A stretch of 64,000 bases of DNA from a virus. Of the stretch, positions 9,704 through 20,700 are shown piece by piece. Numbering within the stretch: the first letter of the stretch is position 1; the number at the start of each line of letters is the position of its first letter. The DNA lies in IMG/VR virus record IMGVR_UViG_3300045995_000345, positions 1-64,000 of that record. One strand, 5' to 3'. Under the pieces are notes generated by a model. The model worked only from the letters and a program-made list of their open reading frames with translations, did not search any database and had not been told where the DNA came from. A program made the translations under genes and the position numbers.

Positions 9704-9949
9704 ATGACAATCGAACAAAAGCTGAAAACCCTTTGCGAAGAGAACGGGCTATGGAAAGAGGAAGCTGACGCCGTGGTTGCCGCTTATCGTGAAGAAGTAG
9801 ACGGCGACATGAAGCGAAGGTGGAACGACAACGTTGAGGATTACCCCGTGCAAATGATTGCCGTGCTCTGGATGGGCACGAAGCGCTGCGCTCTGGACTA
9901 CATTGACAAGAAATGTCCGGAGCACTTTGCGCGTCCAATGTTCGCCTAA
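9704..9949 (+). CDS. hypothetical protein
   Basis: Compact ORF ending PEHFARPMFA. Confidence 0.6.
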   Translation: MTIEQKLKTLCEENGLWKEEADAVVAAYREEVDGDMKRRWNDNVEDYPVQMIAVLWMGTKRCALDYIDKKCPEHFARPMFA

Positions 9950-9956
9950 TTCTTTC

Positions 9957-10064
9957 TCAGCCAGCGGACGCGGCCGGGATGTTCTGGTAGTGCATCCATC
10001 GGTCTGGAACTCTGCGAAGGCTCCGGGATCCGCTCCTTTCATACGGACACCAGGAGCCGGCTGA
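9957..10064 (+). ncRNA. candidate multi-branched structured RNA
   Basis: TCAGCC(9957)/GGCTGA(10059), AGCGGA/TCCGCT, GGATG/CATCC, GCTCCT/AGGAGC stems in an intergenic gap. Confidence 0.4.
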
Positions 10065-10073
10065 ACTTTTCGG

Positions 10074-10243
10074 TTGACAGAATTTAGATGCGTGTTTCAT
10101 TGGAGACGTCCCGCAAATCAGGACACATCGACTAGACCCGATGAAACACACAACGACAGTTCCGAAATGCCAGCCAGCCGGGAGCAGCACGTCCTCGCTG
10201 TTCCGGTCTAGCGGTTGGCTGGCATTTCAGAGTGGTCACCATG
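10074..10243 (+). promoter_or_regulatory. promoter plus structured leader with uORF (copy A)
   Basis: TTGACA at 10074; CTAGACC(10132)/GGTCTAG(10205); 16-bp stem 10164-10179/10213-10228; homologous to 55478-55644. Confidence 0.7.
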
Positions 10244-10921
10244 AGTTCGAGATACGAGAAGAACTGCCCCATCTGCGGCAAGATCTTCGTAGTCGCACAA
10301 AATCTCTGCGCCTGTTCGCGTGATTGCCGAAGACAGATGAACCAACGGTGGGCGAAGGCCAAGCTAGAGAAGCGACGACTCGCCACTCAGTCTCGGCAAT
10401 CGGGCAGCCCATCAATCCAGACTTCCAGACCGTGCAAGAACTGCGGCCGCGACCGCAGGAAGAACAAGATCTTCTGCTGCGTATCCTGCTATGAATCGTT
10501 CCAGAAGAGGCCAAAGACTACGCAGGAACTGGCGGAGATAAAGCTCGCGAAGTCGGAGAAGTTCAGGCGCAAGCGGCAGGCCCGTGGTCAACGCGAGTTT
10601 GAGCTGAACCCCACCCGGTTCACCTACTACCACCACGTCTATCTAAACTCCGATCGGTGGGGGGAACTTCGGAAGCTCAAACTCCAAGAGCGCGATTGCT
10701 GCGCCAATTGCAGCAGCCGGACGAAGTTGCACGTCCATCACTGGGATTACCACAACCTGACCGATGTCCTCCTGATTGATCTGGAAGTCGTTTGCGAGCT
10801 GTGCCACAACGAGATTCACCGCCGGATCGACCGCTTTCCCAAGTCGGAGTGGACCAGATTGAGAGACCTGTTCAGGGAACTCGGAATGGACGGGCTTCCC
10901 ATCAATCCGAAGCACCATTAG
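10241..10921 (+). CDS. HNH endonuclease with N-terminal zinc fingers
   Basis: CPIC...CSRDC, CKNC...CCVSC; YLNSDRW...CANC...LHVHH...VCELCHNEIH. Confidence 0.85.
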   Translation: MSSRYEKNCPICGKIFVVAQNLCACSRDCRRQMNQRWAKAKLEKRRLATQSRQSGSPSIQTSRPCKNCGRDRRKNKIFCCVSCYESFQKRPKTTQELAEIKLAKSEKFRRKRQARGQREFELNPTRFTYYHHVYLNSDRWGELRKLKLQERDCCANCSSRTKLHVHHWDYHNLTDVLLIDLEVVCELCHNEIHRRIDRFPKSEWTRLRDLFRELGMDGLPINPKHH

Positions 10922-10925
10922 AAAC

Positions 10926-11714
10926 TCAGTTTCCATCCTTGGGCAAATCAATTACAGCCGGCGCCGGCAGGTGACTCCTTCCATTTCCATTCGCCACCGT
11001 CACATTTCCGTCAACACGCATGTTGACCATTGGCGACAGCGGCGAGAACTTCGGGCTCCGTTTATTCTGGATCGCTTCCTTCTGCTCCGCGCGCCGCAAC
11101 TCAATCATGGCTGCCGCGATTCCAGCCTGCCGGATCTTGTCGTAGGTATCGAGCATGAGGCCGTAGAGCGTGGCCCTGTCCTGCCTGAGCATCCTCAGCC
11201 TGACCAGCCTTTGGTCAAGGTTCTCTCCGGTCAGTGGATCCAAGGGTGCGGTATCGAGCAAGGCGATCCTCTCCGTTGTTGCCTTGGCTTCAGTCTGGAA
11301 ACTCAGGTAGAGGGACAGGAGGCCACCGCCAGTCATGGCGCCGATCTGCTTGAAGTGTTTGGCGAACAGGTCGGCTTGATTGATGGCGGTCTTGGCTACG
11401 TCTTCGGGAATTCCGATGGAGGTAAGAGCTTCTGCCGTCATGCAGACATTCTCCAAACGCTTCATTGAGGATTCAACGTCGCGAGCTAATGACGCTCCCG
11501 GATCTCTCGCATCCACCGCCGATGCTTTCTCAGCTCTGAGTTGATCGAAGACGGCCTTTAGCTTTGCGTTGTCCATGATCCGCAAGCGTAGCTTCTCCGG
11601 ATTCCTTCCGAGCAATCTAGCCGCCCCCGCTATGGATCCAGACTGAAGCAAAGCCTCCCTTATCTGTAATTGCGTGGTTACTCTAGGAGCTTGCTCTGGT
11701 GTGGCGGTGTTCAT
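10926..11714 (-). CDS. HTH/coiled-coil protein, possible terminase small subunit
   Basis: IREALLQSGSIAGAARLLG (Fis-like HTH) followed by helical region; last gene of the late operon. Confidence 0.45.
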   Translation of the reverse strand: MNTATPEQAPRVTTQLQIREALLQSGSIAGAARLLGRNPEKLRLRIMDNAKLKAVFDQLRAEKASAVDARDPGASLARDVESSMKRLENVCMTAEALTSIGIPEDVAKTAINQADLFAKHFKQIGAMTGGGLLSLYLSFQTEAKATTERIALLDTAPLDPLTGENLDQRLVRLRMLRQDRATLYGLMLDTYDKIRQAGIAAAMIELRRAEQKEAIQNKRSPKFSPLSPMVNMRVDGNVTVANGNGRSHLPAPAVIDLPKDGN

Positions 11715-14700
11715 CTCCCAAACCCCGCAGCGATTGAACGGTAATCCCTTGCCCCACCACCGCCACCGGACATGGAGCTGGATCCGTAGATGTTCACGGC
11801 CCTGCGTTCTGTGCCGAAGAACGGGGTGAGCCCTCCCGTGTTGGCTCGGCTCTTTCGCACCTGCGCTCCGTAGGCGTTGAAGTTGCGGATGGCTGCCGAC
11901 ACTTCGGTTGCGCTGTCACCCAGAGAAGCCAGCATCTTCTGGTACTCGCCAGCGCTGGGGGACTTGTTGAACGTGGAGCGGAGAGGATTCATGCGCTCGT
12001 AAGCTTCAGCCACGTCTGCGTAGGGATCAACCTCCGGGTCAGTTACAGCCTTCAGGCTGGCGACTTCAAGGGCCTTGGAGTACGCCTCGCGGAATGCGGC
12101 CGGGTCGTTGACGTAGGCAGCCAGGACCATGTTTCCCACCCAAGGTTTCACCGGGTTGGGTATGGCGTTGATCATGCCGGCGGCTGAACCCCGGAAGATT
12201 CTCAGGTCAAGTCCCTGTTCCCTGCCGGCCACACGGATCAGGTTGCCCACGTTGATGCGTTCAACAATGCGGCGCTCGGTGTTGTCGAGGTCCAGCATGT
12301 TGTTGATCGCATCAAAGTTCTGGAGGTAACCAGTTCCACCAGCAGCCTGAATGAACTGGCGCCAGGTTGAAGCGTAGGTGGAATTCGACGGGCCTTGACG
12401 CGCCAGCTTGGTGAGCACAGCGCCAAGGTTCATGATGGTGGAGGCGACGAACACCCGGCTGTCCACGCTGAACTCTCGGGCAGTGGACACGTTGAAGATG
12501 GAGTTGACGGGTTCGCTGATGATTCCGAACGTGCCAAGGCGGGAGAACGAATCAAGCAGGGCGAGGGGCAGGTTCTCATCCAGCTTGAACGGAAGCTGGT
12601 TGGGCGCCTTGCCAACGATGTCCTTCTCGTACTCCTTGCGCATCACGGCGTAGGCGATGGTCACTGGAACGATGGCCAGGGTGAATGCTGTGGCGGCGGA
12701 AGCGGCTGCCCTCAAGGATGCTCTACCCTCCGGCTCTCGCGAACTCTTCACCACGTCGGCGGTCTTGATCAGAGCCCAGCCAGTCAGGGGTGAGACAATG
12801 CGGCCGAAGGTATTGTTGAGCGTCCAAGGCGCACGCGTGGTGATGCCCGTGTTGAGCAGCACCTCGGTGTTCGCCAGCGCAATGACGGATCGAATCTGAT
12901 CGAAGGTCAAAGGCTCCGCTCCAGAAAGTCGCTTTCTAGCAGCGTCCTCCAGTTGGATTCCGTTCTTCTCCAGCGTGGTGTAGAAGTACTTGAACGCCCG
13001 ATCGTCCAGCATCAGCCCGCTCAGGTTCTTGCGCGAGAAGTTCGCCGTCTTGGCGCTGAACTTGAAGTTGGGATCCGCTGCATCTGCCGGGTGGTATTGG
13101 AAATAAAGGGCTGCCTTGTTGATCCCGTCGTTCGTGAACTCAAGCCACGTCCGAGCTGCGGCGCGCTGCATGATGATGTTGTTCATGGAGAACGGTGCCC
13201 ACCACTTGAGGGTAGCGGCTGCCGTCTCAACGTTCTTCGGCTTGCCAACCCCAGTGCTCAGGAACACACGCGCTGCCGCGTTGACCCGCTTCGTTACGGC
13301 GCGCACCACTTCACCGGGCACCCTCAGCGGGGATGCCGTGCTTCTCCACGCCACAGCCCAGAGGGACGCCTCCGCTCCAAGCTGCTGCCGATAGCGGTCC
13401 AGCATACTTCTCCACCCACGGCGTTCGGTGAGCGAGTCAAGGTCCGCCGCCCCACCGCTGTTCAATAGGCGAGTGTTCTTGGCGTTCTCCGCGTTCATCC
13501 GCATCTCCCAGCTCATCGCCTGCCACATGCTGTGCATCAACTCGAATGCGTAGTTCTTGTAGTACCCACCGAACAGGACGGACACCGCTTCCTTGCTGAA
13601 CCCGAACTTCCGGAACGCATGGTCAGGCAGTGAGATGTGATCGGACACGGCGGAGGTGACGCCCTGCAGTACGAACCCGCTCATAACGCCAACCATGTCC
13701 ATCAACGTCTGGTAACTCTGACCTCCGCCGCTGTGGGTGCGAATGAGTGAGAAGAGAACGTCCTCGTTCTTTTGGGCGTACTCGAGATTGTAAACGGCAT
13801 TCTCGCGCATCTTCCTCAGTCCAGGCCGATCTCCATTCAGCCCGTTCTCCATGTAATCTTTCGACAGCGCTGGGTTGCTGGTCTTGATCGCCTCTGCCGC
13901 CTTGAAGTCATCCGCCAGCAGCGTCAGTTCAGTCTGGAGTTTCGCCAGGTTGGCCTTCAGGTCTGTGGCTCCAGCTCCGTAGGCATCCTGCTCTGCCAGG
14001 ACGCGGATGTAGTTCGCGTAATCCTTGTGTCCGTAGGTTCGGAAGTTCAACCATCCAGGAGGGAAGTCCTCTCCCTTGCGCGCATCCAGGAAGGCGCGCC
14101 CAATCGTTCTCAAGTCGTTGCCCTGATCTCCTTCGTCCACCTTGGCGACCTTGTAGAGTTCGTCCATGTAATGTTGGAACGTGGCCATGGTCTGGCCTAC
14201 GAAATCCGAGAGTGTATCGGGACTTCCACCAAGGTCAGCGTGCAGCGTCTCGGCAAACTTCAGGGCATCGAAGGTGCCATCGGCGCGACCAGCCGTGGCT
14301 GCTTGGTAGGCTCCCCTCAACTGCGCGTGCGGGGCCATGTCCACAACTCCGCCAACCTCCGGGCCTTTGAAGTTCGTTTGACCGGGCTTGGAAATCAGTT
14401 CGGCAACGAACGTCGTGTTGACTGGAGCGGTGAACCTCGCGTCCAGCACGGCCTGCAACGCTGCCCGATCCTTGGAGTGCAGCAATGCGACGGCGCTCTT
14501 GGTGAGGCCGACGTGTTCGACGGGGGTGGGATTGCCAGCATCGTCTGTCTCGGCTCCCATCCATGGAGTATTCCAGAACAGCTTCTCACTTCCCTTCATC
14601 CGCATCGCGAGAGCCACGGCTGGCCCTGCGGTGTAACGGCTCATGGTGCTCATCACGCCACCGATGACATCGCGGAAGATGACGCGCCCTCCAACCATGA

Positions 14701-17700
14701 CATCGCGGATCTTGAGCTTTATCCCGCGTCGGACGTTCTGAAGATCCATCGCCGCCGCGAAGTTGGCACGGATGTACTTGTCCACCGCTTCCCATGCGCC
14801 CTTTCGCTCCATGCCTGGGAGCGCCTGCACGAACCTCTTTCCGGTCGCCATGAACTGGTCGAGCTGCTGCTCCGGAGTCAGCCTTGGATCGTAGAGGTGC
14901 TGCTCGGATTGGAACAGGCCGAGGATGTTGTGGTAGAAGTTGGCGTGAAACTCAACAGGGTTGTCGATGCCGGTGGCGATCATTGCGGCACGGGCAAGTT
15001 CGTCCACCTTGTAGTAGAGCCGCTCGTTGATCGAGTTGCGAAGCGACTGCTCCCGGTTGTTGTGCGTCACGATCTGCTGCTCGATGGCGCGCGCTGTCTG
15101 CGTTCCGTGTTGCCGGAACCGCGTCCCGATGTCGCCCATGGAACGGAGGATCCAGCCGCCCAAGCCACGCTGAATATTCTCATTCGCGCTGTTCGCTTGA
15201 CGCCCGGCAGCCTCTCTCACCACACGTTCCAGAAAAGCGAATCTCCCTGATCCTTGAGATCCCGGGTGCTCCGCCATCCAGCTCACAATCTTCGTGAGAT
15301 TCTGCTGAATATTCGCGTCGCTGTAGTTGTCGCCATGCTGAACCGTCTGGCGAAACTCAGGCTTCGTGAAAAGATCATCCTCAGTTGTCAGGTTGCTCTC
15401 GGGAACCAAGTAAACCGCGTTGTTCACCCACTTGAACTGCCGGCTTTGTTCTCCGAAGGTGCCTTCCTCCAGGTCGCGCATTCGTTCCAGCTTGCGAATC
15501 TCCTCAGCCTGAATCTTGGAAATGATGTGCCACTCCACATCCCACTGCGAGAGTTGTGCCGCCTGCTTGAGCAGCTTCTCGTTCTCCGCCTTGATTGTGT
15601 CGAGGCGCTTTAGGATTCGGTCGGCGTGAACGAACAGGGTGCCCACGCGGGAGAGCTGGCCCACTGCAAGCGCCCGGGCATCCGGCTTGTTGCTGACCGC
15701 CAGTTTGATCATCTGGTTGATGGCGGTCTTCTGGACACCCTTGTCATCGTAGGCTGTCCGCACCGCCAGGAGATCCATCGCGATCGGCCGGCGTCGTGCG
15801 AACTGGAGAGCCAGGGCAAGGCGAGCTGGGTCGGCTGCGATGTTCCGAGCGTTCGGGTTGGCGCTGGCTGCCGCCGCTGCCTGCACGTCGCCTGGGGTCA
15901 GGGACACCTTGCCAGCGGATGTCAGTGAGACATTTCCCACGGTGGAGTAGTCGATGCCTAGCTCTGCTAGGGCTTGAAGCTGGTCGCCAAAGGCAATCTT
16001 GTTTCCCTCAATCGCTCCAGCCGCGATCCTCAGCGCTTCCTTGAAGCCAGTCTTAATGCCCAAGGCTTCAAGGATGGATTGCGCCCCGGTGCCAGTGGCC
16101 TCGCGCAAGGCGTCCTTCATGGACTTCAGGAACTGGCCGGTCACCACGTCGAGGTTCTGGTAGTTCTGGGTCAGCTCGTAAAGCTCCAGGTTCGATTCGC
16201 TGATGCGCTCGGTGAGCTTGCCTTCGCCGAACTCATGATCGGAGAGTGCCTTGCGCGCCTGCCACCGGGTCCGGTCCTTGTAGTGAATCTCCAGGGCTGC
16301 CATCTGCGCCTTGGGCGCTTCGTTGGTCTGCTCCAGGTCTGCGAACGTGAGGCTGGTAGAAACTGGCTTTCCAGTGGTGCCGTCTTTGGTGAGCGCGCTG
16401 TTGATTGCGGCCTTGATGTCCTCGGCTGGATCTTCCCCGCCTTGAATAAGTGAGGCGAACGAGTTCTGAATCCACTCGGCCTCCGTGGCAACCGGCTTCC
16501 CTGTGGTGGTGACGTTGTTCCCGCTCTTAACGAGGGCGTCGAAGTACTTGGAACGTGCGGCGGCAACCTCATTCGTGACCGCCATCATTCGCTTGGCCTC
16601 GTTCTCGTACTCTCGCGTTGGGCTGATCTCTGTGCGTTCCCCGGCGAGGCCCTTGATCTGGCGGTAGCGCATCTCATCCGCATTCATCGGCCCCGTGTTG
16701 GGTCGCAAGACGCGCCACGCCTTGTCCCTCGCCGCCGCCGCTTCGTCGTAGTTCTGGAGCAACGTGGTGACCAGCTTGTAGGCTTCGTCCGCAACGTTCT
16801 TGTCGCTGGTCAGGCCAACTGCCTTGAGCAGGTTCGCCACCAGGCGCTTGAACGCATCCCACAAGGACAACGATGTCGGGTCACCGAAGTTCGGAGGCAG
16901 CGCAATCTTGGTGAGCTTGTCTCGAAACTCCGGGTCTGACAGCACGGCAACGGCGAACTCATCCGATCCAACCAGACCTTCCGCTGACTGCTGCCACGTC
17001 AGGCCCGCTGCCTTTGCGGCTTCAACCAGTGTGTGCAATTTTTGCACGAACTCCTGTTCGCCAACTGTCAGCGATGCCGGGTTGTTCCTCGCACGCAAGA
17101 GCAGTCGCGAGATGAAAGGATGCAGCGCCTCGTGAACAACTGAGACATGGAAGTCCTCCACGTTCCGAGCGTTGGCTGGGAACACGGTGGCTTCATTGTT
17201 GGCCACGCTGTAAGATCCACCAAGCGGAGTCCCGACTTGAGTCTCTGGAGAGATTGTCAGCTTTGCCTCAGTGACATCCGCTCTTCCGGCAAGGAACTTG
17301 GCTAAGGCAGCCAGTTCCCCACCCGCCTCCGCCACCTTCTCCAAGGCAGCCGCCAGCGTCGGGTAATCCTTCTTCAACGCGGCGATGTTCATCTCGCTCA
17401 GCAACCCGTGCTGAGTGGCTGGCAGCTTGCTCTTGGCCAGTCGTTTGAGATTGAAGATGACGTTCTCCACGGAGTCGGGAAGAAGCTCCGGCGCCGTGAT
17501 CGTCTGCGCATCCAGGTCAACGGCGTCCATCGCGTCTGGATCCAACTGGCGTTCGCGGGATGGCGTGACGGCTTCTTGAGCCACGTCCAGGGCGGTCTCG
17601 ATTCCGTGCGGAGTCCTCGCCTTCGTGATCATGTCGAGGATCTGATCCCTCTGACCATCACTCAACCCGCCGTCTTCGTGCAGACTCAAGATGACGCCAA

Positions 17701-20700
17701 CCGCCTCCGCCTTCAGCGGCACAAGGGCGCGCATCTTCTCCGACATCGCGTCTAGAGTTGCTACGGAGGTGGGGCTTGGTTCAAGTCTTGCACTTGTTCC
17801 GGTCTCACTTGGGGCTTGCGCGGGTTGCGCTGCTGCCGGCGGCGTGCCTTGGCCAACGCCTGCGACAATCCCACCATCAGCAGCATTATCCCGTTGCGAA
17901 TTTCCGGTCGCGCCTTCTGCAATGGCGGAGGAACTTCCAGCATTTGTGTTCTCATTGGAAAGAGCCTTTCTAACTCCATTCCAGTTCGTGATGATGGTTG
18001 GCAGTGTTTCATCCAACATTCGCTGGATCATTGCCCGGTCTTCGATGGAGTCGTAGGAGGCCGCAACGCTTGCCTGAAGTTCTTTCGCGAACTGCTGAAT
18101 CAACTCGGGCGACGTAACGACGTGGTCCTTTTGAAACGCCACGATCTGCGCCACCATCGGCATGTTGTTCTTCACCCAATCAGCAAACCTGAGTTGCTCC
18201 TTCCGGTTCAACGCCTGCTCTGGTGTGAAGTTCCTCGCGTTGACGATGTCTCCGGACGCCGTCCTCACGTTGTCGGTTGAGTATCCGTAGGCGTCATCCC
18301 TTGCCTGCTTCAGTCCACCGAACTCGCCCTCGTAATCAGCCACGCTGCGGATGGCTCGCGCAAGCTGGTTGCGTGGCGACCGCAAGAGCATGGACGAATA
18401 CGGCACGAACCCAGCCTCCAGCAAATCAATCACCCCAACTGTGTCCTTGGCCCCATCACCAATGGCGAATCGGAATTGCAGGTTGGCAATGACTTTGTTC
18501 GCGCGGAGCTTCTTGCTCACCGCGTTCACGTCGCCCTTGGTCTTCTTCAGCGCCTTTCCGAGTTCCGTCAGCGTGACTGTCTTGGGTGAAGACTTCAACG
18601 CCTTGGCCGCTTCCTTTTTCGTAATACCGAAACCCGCCGCCGCCTCTTCCAGCGTGTAGGTGATCGCCCTGTTGCGGTTGTAGGCCAGCGAAAGAATGAC
18701 GCGGCCGGCCGGGGTGATCCAACCAGCAACCCGTCGGCTCAACGAAGAGGACTGCTTGCCCACCGCAACCTGCTTGCCCTTCTCACTTCTCTTGGCTGTG
18801 CCCACCTGGGACTGGGCAGTGAGCAACGTGCCGATCAGCTTCGCGGCGTATTCCTTCTCGCCCTGAGTCTTGGCTTCGTTGTAGAGCTTGTGAGCTTCAG
18901 ACAGATCGTGACCGCCACCAGTGTCGTCCTTCGTGTCGTAGTAACCCGGGAGCTTGGCGATCTTGCGAGCGGCCTCTTCGCTGTCCAAAGTAGCCTGCGC
19001 ATCAGAGGATTCGTCAGGCGTCATTCCTGGCTCGTCACCAGACGTCGGATCTTCCACGCGGCCGAATGCGTTTTCGACTGCGGTGGATCCAGAATCATCA
19101 ACGAGCGAATCACCATGCCCGCGTTGAGACGGATCTTCCGAAGGCTTGGCTGCATCCAGAGAACCATACTCGAACTCCACCGCTGCCGGCCCGATGGCTT
19201 GAACGATGGATTGCTCCTCCGCTTTGAAGTTGGCAATGGCACGCTCCAGCTTTGAGATGCTCAGGATCAGATCAGCGTGTCGGTCAACGAGCGCCTCGGC
19301 GTCCTTGTCAGCCTTCTTCAGCTCGGCAATGAGCGATTCGACCTGCTTGAGTTCAGCCTGCTGGGCAGCCAAGTCGGTCTTGAGATACTCCAGGTTCTTC
19401 TTGCCATCGTAGTTCTCTCCGAGCGCATCGACCTTGGCAACGACGTTGGCGGCGAAACCGAGAGCTTCAGGCTTCAGTGCTTCTTCGACTTTGCGTACTT
19501 CTTTGCCCACGACGGGAGCTTGTCCTTTGACTTCACCTTGGACGGGAGCTTGCTGAACGACGGTGTTTCCTTGGCCCACCGCTTGGCCCACGGTTGGTGC
19601 GTTGAGAATGCGAACTTCTGTTGCGAGGTGCTGAGGAATGGGGGCATTGGATTCCTTGGTTGGTGCTGACTGGCTGCGCGCTTGGATCTTGGCAGCCATC
19701 TCGGCGGGCCTGGGTTGGCGAGACTGACTGAGCCGCTGAATGCGTGCGGCCATATCCGCTGGGCGCGGAGCCTGCGTCTTGAAGTACGTCTTGAGCGCGG
19801 CAACTGCGGCCTTGGGAGTTTCGGGAGGAGAAGCCTGTTGAGCCTCCGATGGAGGCGGTGCTTCCTTGGTAGCGAGCGCTGCGGGTGCAGCCGGCACAAC
19901 AGGTGAAGGCGATTGGGCAACCTCAGCGTTGCGCGTCACGGTCGGGTCACGCATGGCTTCAGCGTAAACCATCAGGTGCGCTTCAACGGGCGTGCCAGCC
20001 GGGATCATCTGCGTGTCCACGGGAACGAACGTAGCGCCAGCCTTGACGAACAGTTCGAGCTTGTTGCCCCCGTCCTTCTGCGGCGTCACCACGGAACGGA
20101 ACAGCACCTTGCCCGTGTCATCCTTGGCTTCGAGGATGCGTGGTGTCAGCGGAACTCCCAGCTTGCGCGATTCGGCCCACGTCAACTGTTGGTTCACGTT
20201 GCGCTGCTTCACCACATCAGGAATCGAGGCTTCTGTCTTGGGATCATATCGAAGCCCCAGCTTGGCAGCCATCTGTTGCAGGTCGGCGCGCGTGAGCGTG
20301 TCCTTATTTAGCAGTTCGGCTACATCGCGAACCTCCGGGCTTCTCTGGTCTTCGGGAACGGACTGAACCAGATCCTTCGCGAACTGGTAGAGCGGCACCT
20401 TGGAGACGGCGGGGCGTTCAGCTTCAGCCGTAGCCGAAACCCCACCCGCACCAGTTTCGCTGGGAACGCTGGCTGGTGCGGGCGTTGATGTCTCGGTAAC
20501 CGGAGGTGCTACTTGCAACTCTTGGGTCCCTTGACCTTGGGCATTTGCTTCTTCGCCATTGGGAGTCTCACCGCCTTTCTCGTTGGAAAGTGACTTTCCA
20601 AGTTCGTCGCTTCTGGCTTGAAGGATCCTGGTCCACTCCTGATTGAAGATTGCTTTCGAGTCTGAGTTGAGTTTCAGGATCTCAAGCTCGACGGCGGGGT

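Noticed and set aside
9957-10921. RNA plus HNH gene as an IscB/HEARO-like RNA-guided nuclease
   Set aside because: No RuvC or PLMP motifs, and the same leader precedes a non-nuclease operon, favouring cis-regulation
13772-15250. 492-aa + strand ORF inside the giant protein (and similar ones at 34488-35711, 41725-42672)
   Set aside because: Codon-aligned antisense shadows of real - strand genes
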